DNA of 39,985 bases, from positions 1-39,985 of the IMG/VR virus record IMGVR_UViG_2925939204_000007. The stretch is one strand, 5' to 3'. The notes beneath the pieces are model-generated. The model was not told the DNA's origin and searched no databases. It saw only the letters and a list, made by a program, of their open reading frames with translations. Made by a program: the position numbers and the translations under genes. Position 1 is the stretch's first letter; every line of letters starts with the position of its first letter. Source of the DNA: a virus (Duplodnaviria > Heunggongvirae > Uroviricota > Caudoviricetes). Below are positions 28,890-34,316 of the stretch, one piece after another.

Positions 28890-29123
28890 CTAATAAAACC
28901 AGTCGTCAGCGCTTTCCCAGGTTTCCTGGAGGATGGATTCGATTTTCTTTTTATCGTCCTTGTCTCCACCGAAAACACTTAACCCATCGGACCCGGCACG
29001 GCGGATTGTGAGCCTGCAATTGTCATAGTGATCATTCAGGCGCTTAAGCAATTCTTTCTCCAGTGCTGGTACCGCGCCTTTAGGAAGTTCTTTCATGCGA
29101 TCAATGGTTAATTCAACTTTCAT
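28890..29123 (-). CDS. DinI-like DNA-damage-inducible protein
   Basis: 77 aa from ATG 29123; C-terminal KKKIESILQETWESADDWFY matches the DinI signature (ISEILQETWESADDWF). Confidence 0.8.
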   Translation of the reverse strand: MKVELTIDRMKELPKGAVPALEKELLKRLNDHYDNCRLTIRRAGSDGLSVFGGDKDDKKKIESILQETWESADDWFY

Positions 29124-29141
29124 AATGGCCCCCATTGCATT

Positions 29142-29161
29142 TACTGTGTTTTTATACAGTA
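29142..29161 (-). promoter_or_regulatory. LexA (SOS) box TACTGTGTTTTTATACAGTA
   Basis: Perfect CTG-N10-CAG with TACTGT/ACAGTA arms; 18 nt upstream of the DinI-like start codon. Confidence 0.75.
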
Positions 29162-29221
29162 TACCTATGCGCGGAAATGATCAACGCTTTAAGAGCACAA
29201 ATTGTTAATTTTCTGTCAGTA

Positions 29222-29251
29222 GTAAAAAAAGAAAACCCGCCGTAGCGGGTT
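29222..29251 (-). terminator. Rho-independent terminator ending the replication-gene transcript
   Basis: Stem AACCCGC/GCGGGTT (29234-29240 / 29245-29251), loop CGTA, followed on the - strand by a U-rich run. Confidence 0.5.
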
Positions 29252-29268
29252 GAATTAGCGATGTTTTA

Positions 29269-29509
29269 TTACGCCGCTATTTGTTTCTGCTGACAAAGCT
29301 CCGGTAAATTAGCCCTCACCAGTGCCTCGGCGAATGGCGGCGGAACTGCGTTGCCACAACGCGCAACCTGCTTGTCCTTCGCGTACTTCTGCCCCCGATA
29401 GTCCTGATCGATGATGTACCACTCCGGGAAGCCCTGCCAGTTTGGCGTTGTTCAACCCTGGGTTGTTGCGCAGGGCTGCCAGCACCTGCTCACGGATTGT
29501 TATGTTCAT
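29269..29509 (-). pseudogene. Possible remnant of a DNA C5-cytosine methyltransferase 3' end (frameshifted), or small unknown ORF
   Basis: 66-codon ORF from ATG 29509; an alternative frame over 29269-29430 encodes ...GFPEWYIIDQDYRGQKYAKDKQVARCGNAVPPPFAEALV, resembling the C-terminal motif IX-X region of C5-MTases; no intact N-terminal gene. Confidence 0.25.
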
Positions 29510-29510
29510 G

Positions 29511-30200
29511 TCACACCATCCCGTTCGACTTGTTGCGGTTGTACTTGGCCAGCAGCAGCTGGATCGGCGTCGGCCCTTGCTCGGCAGCTGGTGCGGCAAT
29601 AGCCCGGCGTACCGGCGGCACTGGCTTACCCTCGGTGACGCGCCTTTCCCACATGTCCAGCAGATCGCCTGCCTCGCGTGCCAGTTCACCATGCGTTAAC
29701 TGGCGCTCGGTGCTGCGGTGGCGCAATTCTACGCAAATGTGGTACATGACCGGCTGCGACCATGGAAATTGCTCGCTGGAGATGAATTCGAACGAGCGGT
29801 TACGCCAGTCCCAGTATTCGGCGATCACCTGGTCAACGTTGACGCCCAGCGCGCCGCCGCTCTGCTTGCACCAGGCGACAAACTGGCCCGGCGACGGCAG
29901 GAATGGGCGCTCCTGGCGGCGGGCAATGCGCATGCCGGCATCGACCTGAGCCATGGTGTGGATCCCGTTCTCCTGAAACGCCAGCAGCCACTGACGGCGG
30001 AATTCGTTCAGGTCTTCCTGGGTGCGGAAGTTCGCCATGCTGGCCGGGAACGCGGCGCGCAGCTCGTTGAACAGCTTGTTGAATACCTGCGCCACCTGCT
30101 CGACCGGCGCGCACTCCTGGTACTGCTCTGGCAGGTTATGGGCCATGCGGCTCATCTGCTCGCGGTCGTGGTTACGCATCTGCTCTGCAAGAGATTTCAT
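29511..30200 (-). CDS. P: Replication protein P-like (helicase loader)
   Basis: 229 aa; MKSLAEQMRNHDREQMSRMAHNLPEQY... and RRQERPFLPSPGQFVAWC match lambda P as recalled; ATGA overlap with O. Confidence 0.85.
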   Translation of the reverse strand: MKSLAEQMRNHDREQMSRMAHNLPEQYQECAPVEQVAQVFNKLFNELRAAFPASMANFRTQEDLNEFRRQWLLAFQENGIHTMAQVDAGMRIARRQERPFLPSPGQFVAWCKQSGGALGVNVDQVIAEYWDWRNRSFEFISSEQFPWSQPVMYHICVELRHRSTERQLTHGELAREAGDLLDMWERRVTEGKPVPPVRRAIAAPAAEQGPTPIQLLLAKYNRNKSNGMV

Positions 30201-31105
30201 CGGATCACCCCATAGGCCCAGTCAGTGTTGTTGAAGTCCAGATCTGGCTTGACAGCGCGCTGCTCACCTCCGGCGTTACGCTGCATTGTCAGCTTGTCCC
30301 ACTGCTTACGCAGGCTTTCGGGACTCAGGATGTTGGTCTGCCAGAAGTGGTGTTTGCTAGCCCAGTCATACAGCGCGCAGATGTCCTGGTGCGACCGGTT
30401 GTCTATCTGGCGCATCAGGCGAACAGTGTTAGACCAGGAGGTCATGTCCGGGGCTTTGCAGGTTGGGTTAATCAGCTTCACCCTGGAGGAAATCCACTTA
30501 GCTGTCTCGAGGTCTTCAGCAGAGCCCCACTTCGCACCGGATGGTGTGTAGACCGCAGCTTCAGGATGAGTTGATAAAAATTTCTTCAGACGTGCGTCAG
30601 AGGATTCGTCAGAATTCTCGGACGAAGATCTTTTAATACTGTTCTTGTTCTTGTATTGGGTGTCTACCGTTTTCGGGAAGGTTATTCCTGATTTCGGGAA
30701 GGATTTTCCCGTTTTCGGGAATTTTCTTCCCGTTTCCGGTTTGTCTAAAATCCATGCTGAAAGGTCAGTGTTTACACCGACGATTTTCATCATGCCCTGC
30801 TTCTGTGAAAAGATGATTTTGCGTTCTGCGAGAGACTTAAGCGCGTCCGATACATGCGTATCGCTCAGGCCCGTAAGCTCGGCAATAACCGTATTTGTCA
30901 CGCGGTCCTGTTTCTTGTTCCAGCCGTAGGTAAGCCAGATCACCGCCTCAAAACATTGCCATTCCCGGCCTGACAGTCTCAGGCGAGGCTTAAGCTGTTG
31001 GATCTCGTTAGCGACCTTGGTATACCCGTTCGACAGGTCGGCCATACGACCTCCCGGTTGTTCGGTTTTATTTGGGAAATTGAATATTTCAGCGGTATTT
31101 GACAT
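30197..31105 (-). CDS. O: Replication initiator O-like, containing ori iterons
   Basis: ATG at 31105 with GGAGAA RBS; N-terminus MSNTAEIFNFPNK resembles lambda O; repeated FPK(T/S)G peptide encoded by the iterons. Confidence 0.85.
   Translation of the reverse strand: MSNTAEIFNFPNKTEQPGGRMADLSNGYTKVANEIQQLKPRLRLSGREWQCFEAVIWLTYGWNKKQDRVTNTVIAELTGLSDTHVSDALKSLAERKIIFSQKQGMMKIVGVNTDLSAWILDKPETGRKFPKTGKSFPKSGITFPKTVDTQYKNKNSIKRSSSENSDESSDARLKKFLSTHPEAAVYTPSGAKWGSAEDLETAKWISSRVKLINPTCKAPDMTSWSNTVRLMRQIDNRSHQDICALYDWASKHHFWQTNILSPESLRKQWDKLTMQRNAGGEQRAVKPDLDFNNTDWAYGVIR
30625..30745. repeat. Phage replication origin: four iterons (core TTTCGGGAA at 30671, 30692, 30713; TTTCCGG at 30733) at about 21-bp spacing, plus adjacent AT-rich region (30628-30659)
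   Basis: Direct repeats read from the sequence inside the O-like gene; same layout as lambda ori. Confidence 0.65.
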
Positions 31106-31189
31106 ACTGTTCTCCGCAATTACGCACAGTTTTTGCACCTGAAAGCCGTTGGTGTTCGAGCACCGCGGCTTTCGCCATTTCTGAGCCCG

Positions 31190-31747
31190 TCATAGCGCAC
31201 CACCCAGCATCGTTGTAACCATCGCCATAATGGGCGCCACAGAATCAGGTCCGTCCAGGTAGAGCTTGGCTACGATGCTCTCGCTGATTTCCTTCATCCG
31301 TTCGTGTCTGGGGGCTTTGAGGACGACAGCCTGTATCGCCTCAGCGTCTTCTTTCACCGACCTGGCGACACGAACCGCAAAGCAGTCGTGCTTAATCACG
31401 CGATCCCGGTACGCCAGCGGCAGAACCGAAATTATTACCGGCGCCAGCTGCTCGACGTTCGCCCGGTAGGCCGGTGATTTCTCGTGGTTGTCCAGCCAGC
31501 GAAACAGCTTCACGTTCCACACATCGGCGCTGCCGGTCATGTCAATGCTGTCAAGCTCGGCCTGTTCGGCAGCCTCTTTAATCGCCAGAGCGACCGCCAC
31601 GCGGCCCTCTGCCGCCGCCCAGGCGCGGACGGCAGAACAGATAGCCCGGTGATCGACCGGCTGGCCTTCAGCCTCACTGTGTTGATACTGGAATTTCAGG
31701 TGCTCTGATGGCGCTCTGTTATTCTGTTGAAAAGAAAGTGTTTGCAT
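31190..31747 (-). CDS. CII-like / YdaT-family early regulatory protein (putative)
   Basis: 185 aa; AGGAG RBS; position between the cro-like gene and O. Confidence 0.45.
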   Translation of the reverse strand: MQTLSFQQNNRAPSEHLKFQYQHSEAEGQPVDHRAICSAVRAWAAAEGRVAVALAIKEAAEQAELDSIDMTGSADVWNVKLFRWLDNHEKSPAYRANVEQLAPVIISVLPLAYRDRVIKHDCFAVRVARSVKEDAEAIQAVVLKAPRHERMKEISESIVAKLYLDGPDSVAPIMAMVTTMLGGAL

Positions 31748-31758
31748 TGTCAGTGCTC

Positions 31759-31977
31759 CTACTTTGGTAATCCGTCAGTGGGATTTGGATAGAGATCAGG
31801 GCGCAGCTCGTGGGGGGTTACGCCTGTCATTTTGAAAATCGGGAAGATATAGCTTGGCGGGACGATCCCTTGGTCACGATTCTTCCAATGACTTACAGAC
31901 ATACTCGTCACACCAAGCGCGATGCTGAGCTTTCTGGCAGAGCCAGCGGCTTTAATTGCTTTATCGAGTGCGGACAT
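31759..31977 (-). CDS. Cro-like HTH regulator (YdaS/Cro family)
   Basis: 72 aa; HTH (GSARKLSIALGVTSMSVSHWKNR); divergent from the repressor; AGGAGAAG RBS. Confidence 0.7.
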   Translation of the reverse strand: MSALDKAIKAAGSARKLSIALGVTSMSVSHWKNRDQGIVPPSYIFPIFKMTGVTPHELRPDLYPNPTDGLPK

Positions 31978-32035
31978 GTGCTTCTCCTGCTTATTGATAG
32001 CAGAAGTAAACCACAGATTTATACTTCATGCAAAC

Positions 32036-32063
32036 TTTGGATTTATTGCGTGCATAAACCAAA
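32036..32063. promoter_or_regulatory. Candidate operator palindrome in the divergent switch region (TTTGGATTTATTGCGTGCATAAACCAAA)
   Basis: Imperfect inverted repeat; overlaps a PRM-like promoter (-35 TTGCGT 32046-32051, -10 TACAAT 32068-32073) that would give a leaderless repressor mRNA; ATAAACCA recurs in the spacer of the promoter at 33518. Confidence 0.35.
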
Positions 32064-32079
32064 TATTTACAATGACCAT

Positions 32080-32469
32080 ATGAGAAAAGAAGAACCCAAC
32101 CTCGTTCTGGTGGAGCGCCTTACTGAGATCACTGATCGCGGCGTTACCAAAGCAGACATGGCAAGAATAGCTGGAGTCACCCCTCAGGCCGTAAACGGCT
32201 GGTTCAAAAAAGGCGTGATTAGTAAGAAATCGGCACTGGCCATAGCCGACGCTGTTGGTATTTCTGTCGCCTGGCTACTCGGTGAAGACGTTGGGGAGAA
32301 AGACGGTCTCAAACCGGACGAACAGCGTTTGCTCGAGCTCTACCGCCAGTTACCGGAAGAAGAGCAGCAGAACATGCTCCGCATTTTTGCGCTTCGCCTG
32401 AAAGAGTTAGATGAGCTGTACGAGAAGTACATGAAGGGTCGGATTCGATCGCAAGGTGAGCAAACCTAA
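32080..32469 (+). CDS. Prophage repressor, short XRE-family HTH protein without peptidase domain
   Basis: 129 aa; HTH (VTKADMARIAGVTPQAVNGWFKKG); no S24 autoprotease C-terminal domain; divergent from the cro-like gene. Confidence 0.75.
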   Translation: MRKEEPNLVLVERLTEITDRGVTKADMARIAGVTPQAVNGWFKKGVISKKSALAIADAVGISVAWLLGEDVGEKDGLKPDEQRLLELYRQLPEEEQQNMLRIFALRLKELDELYEKYMKGRIRSQGEQT

Positions 32470-32533
32470 ACCAGTAGTATCTAATTCCATGTAATAAAAA
32501 TATTTCAAGATTTAATATCTTCTGGAGGATTCG

Positions 32534-32815
32534 GTGTCTAAAGAAACAACCGTCGAACTTATGCATCTTAATGATGTAATCGAAGCGAAAAATTTCATCG
32601 AGACCAATGCTGACGGTGTCGTAACAATCGGCACACAAAATGCCGGTTACGAAGTTTACAATTTTGTGTTCCTGAATAGCAGCCCGATCATCGGTACGGA
32701 TAATGCGGATATAGTCGTCAAGGGCATGCAGCGAACCAAAGTTGTGTCTGTGACTTTAAGCAAACAAAAGGCTTATGATTTTTATCAATCCTTAAAAAGT
32801 ATGTTTGAGGAATAA
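32534..32815 (+). CDS. Hypothetical protein, first gene of AT-rich cassette downstream of the repressor
   Basis: 93 aa; GTG start with GGAGG RBS 5 nt upstream; no terminator between the repressor stop and this gene; 14 G/C in 60 nt at 32761-32820. Confidence 0.6.
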   Translation: MSKETTVELMHLNDVIEAKNFIETNADGVVTIGTQNAGYEVYNFVFLNSSPIIGTDNADIVVKGMQRTKVVSVTLSKQKAYDFYQSLKSMFEE

Positions 32816-32821
32816 TAATTG

Positions 32822-33343
32822 ATGGATGCGGCTCAATCATCTCTTGGTGAAGGGAAGTTATTGATTGCATATTCAGACCATAGCGGAGCTACAGTAGGCT
32901 TAGAGTTTTCATCAGTAGCTTCGAGCCAAGCAACCTTCCTTATGGGTGCTTGTAGTTTTGCCGCTTCGGATAAACAAAAACGGATTGTCACATCAGTTGC
33001 TATGGATGATACTGAAATCATTCATACGTCAACTGAAGATGGAGGTGACGACATGGAAAAGAGATTGGCTATTCTTGAGGTTGAAGTTGCCCACATCAAG
33101 AAAGATGTTGCCGAGATAAAAAACACAGTTTCAAAAGTTGATACGACAGTGAATTCACTGGACAAAAATATGGCTGTAGTTTTGGAGAGGCTGTCTAGTA
33201 TCAAAGAGTCTGTAGACAAAAAGCCCTCATCAGACACAGTGGACAAGAAAATCTCTGATGCTAAATTGGCGATTCTCTTAGGTGTCCCTGCGATTATCGC
33301 CATTGGTACAGGGCTGTACAAAGCTTTTATGCACTTCTTTTAG
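32822..33343 (+). CDS. Coiled-coil protein with C-terminal transmembrane anchor (XhlA-like architecture), second gene of cassette
   Basis: 173 aa; start 6 nt after the gene-1 stop; coiled-coil region (EKRLAILEVEVAHIKKDVAEIKNTVSKVDTTVNSLDKNMAVVLERLSSIKESV) then hydrophobic tail LAILLGVPAIIAIGTGLYKAFMHFF; followed by a strong terminator. Confidence 0.65.
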   Translation: MDAAQSSLGEGKLLIAYSDHSGATVGLEFSSVASSQATFLMGACSFAASDKQKRIVTSVAMDDTEIIHTSTEDGGDDMEKRLAILEVEVAHIKKDVAEIKNTVSKVDTTVNSLDKNMAVVLERLSSIKESVDKKPSSDTVDKKISDAKLAILLGVPAIIAIGTGLYKAFMHFF

Positions 33344-33416
33344 TCAGATTTGGTCAATACGCCTGAGTTATAAGGCTCTCAGCTACTAACTCTGTCGCCT
33401 TCCCCGAACCTTCTCA

Positions 33417-33443
33417 TCCCGACCACGCGTCGGGATTTTTTTT
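33417..33443 (+). terminator. Rho-independent terminator ending the repressor-cassette transcript
   Basis: Stem TCCCGAC/GTCGGGA with loop CACGC, followed by T8. Confidence 0.7.
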
Positions 33444-33517
33444 GCCTGCGATTCTGCAGACGTGTCACAAAACCCAGCCACATAAACCTCAGATTTACAA
33501 TTAACACCAACCTTAAG

Positions 33518-33546
33518 TTGACATGTATATAAACCAGTGATTTAAT
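33518..33546 (+). promoter_or_regulatory. Sigma70-like promoter for the rightward early operon (-35 TTGACA, 17-nt spacer, -10 TTTAAT)
   Basis: Consensus -35 hexamer at 33518-33523; spacer contains ATAAACCA, also present in the switch region; about 250-nt leader before the first gene. Confidence 0.5.
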
Positions 33547-33798
33547 CTAACTCACCAAGACGCACCACGAACCACCCAGGCATGGAGCCCACGAAGTAGC
33601 CGTCCGGGGCATACGAAAACCGGAATGAGGTGGTGATATTAACGCGCAGTAGGTTTGAAACGTTCCGCCAGCCTGGCGACAAGGGCAAACACAGAAGTGA
33701 GCTTCGCGGTGGTGAATTGCAGAGTTAAAACGCTCAACTGTGAAGATCAGCGTCACGGCACCACCAGCGAAGTTCACTCAGCAATAGTGGAGAACATC

Positions 33799-34005
33799 AT
33801 GGTTCATCAGCACTACGGTACACAGACAGTAAACCGCGGCGCAGTTCAGCCGGGGATGCTTGTAAAACACAAAGACTCAACCTGGACCGCATCTGCTAAC
33901 GCACGCGGTCGCCTGTATCTTCACCGTGGCATCGAACGTACCTACACCAAAGATTTGCTGGTTGAGGTTTATCTAAACGGTTTAGGACATGGCCTTAGCC
34001 ATTAA
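33799..34005 (+). CDS. Hypothetical small early protein
   Basis: 68 aa from ATG 33799 (GGAG 5 nt upstream); the ORF track extends the frame to a TTG at 33655. Confidence 0.45.
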   Translation: MVHQHYGTQTVNRGAVQPGMLVKHKDSTWTASANARGRLYLHRGIERTYTKDLLVEVYLNGLGHGLSH

Positions 34006-34016
34006 CGGAGTGAGTT

Positions 34017-34178
34017 ATGCAGGAGAAAAAATGCGCGTACTGCCGCAAGCCGATCAAGCAAGGGAAGGAAGTTAAAAACGAACTGCTCTTTATCCACGGC
34101 ACGCAGTTGAAACGCGAGCAACGTGATTACTGTTCAGTACGTTGCGCTTCGTTCGACCAGATGGCCCACGAAGCATAA
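34017..34178 (+). CDS. Small zinc-ribbon-like protein (53 aa)
   Basis: Not in the ORF track; GGAGTGAG RBS; MQEKKCAYCRKPIKQGKEVKNELLFIHGTQLKREQRDYCSVRCASFDQMAHEA with CxxC...CxxxC. Confidence 0.4.
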   Translation: MQEKKCAYCRKPIKQGKEVKNELLFIHGTQLKREQRDYCSVRCASFDQMAHEA

Positions 34179-34316
34179 CGAAAACCCCGCGCAAGGCGGG
34201 ATTCACGTCCGGTGCCACCGACCAAAGTTACACCGGAATTTATACCAAACCAAAAAACATCCAATGGGCGCTATCTCTGGCCCGGGGATTCTAACACTCA
34301 AAAAAGAGGATCTCAC

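Noticed and set aside
28796-28978. 60-aa ORF overlapping the 3' end of the DinI-like gene
   Set aside because: Out-of-frame overlap with a gene that has a clear DinI signature; no RBS; likely spurious.
29309-29692. 127-aa - strand ORF overlapping the 3' part of the P gene
   Set aside because: Most of it is an alternative frame of the P-like gene; only the portion downstream of the P stop (from ATG 29509) could be real, treated as a possible remnant.
33655-34005. Long form (116 aa, TTG start) of the first early ORF
   Set aside because: The upstream extension has no RBS; the ATG at 33799 with GGAG 5 nt upstream is the more plausible start. The extension cannot be fully excluded.
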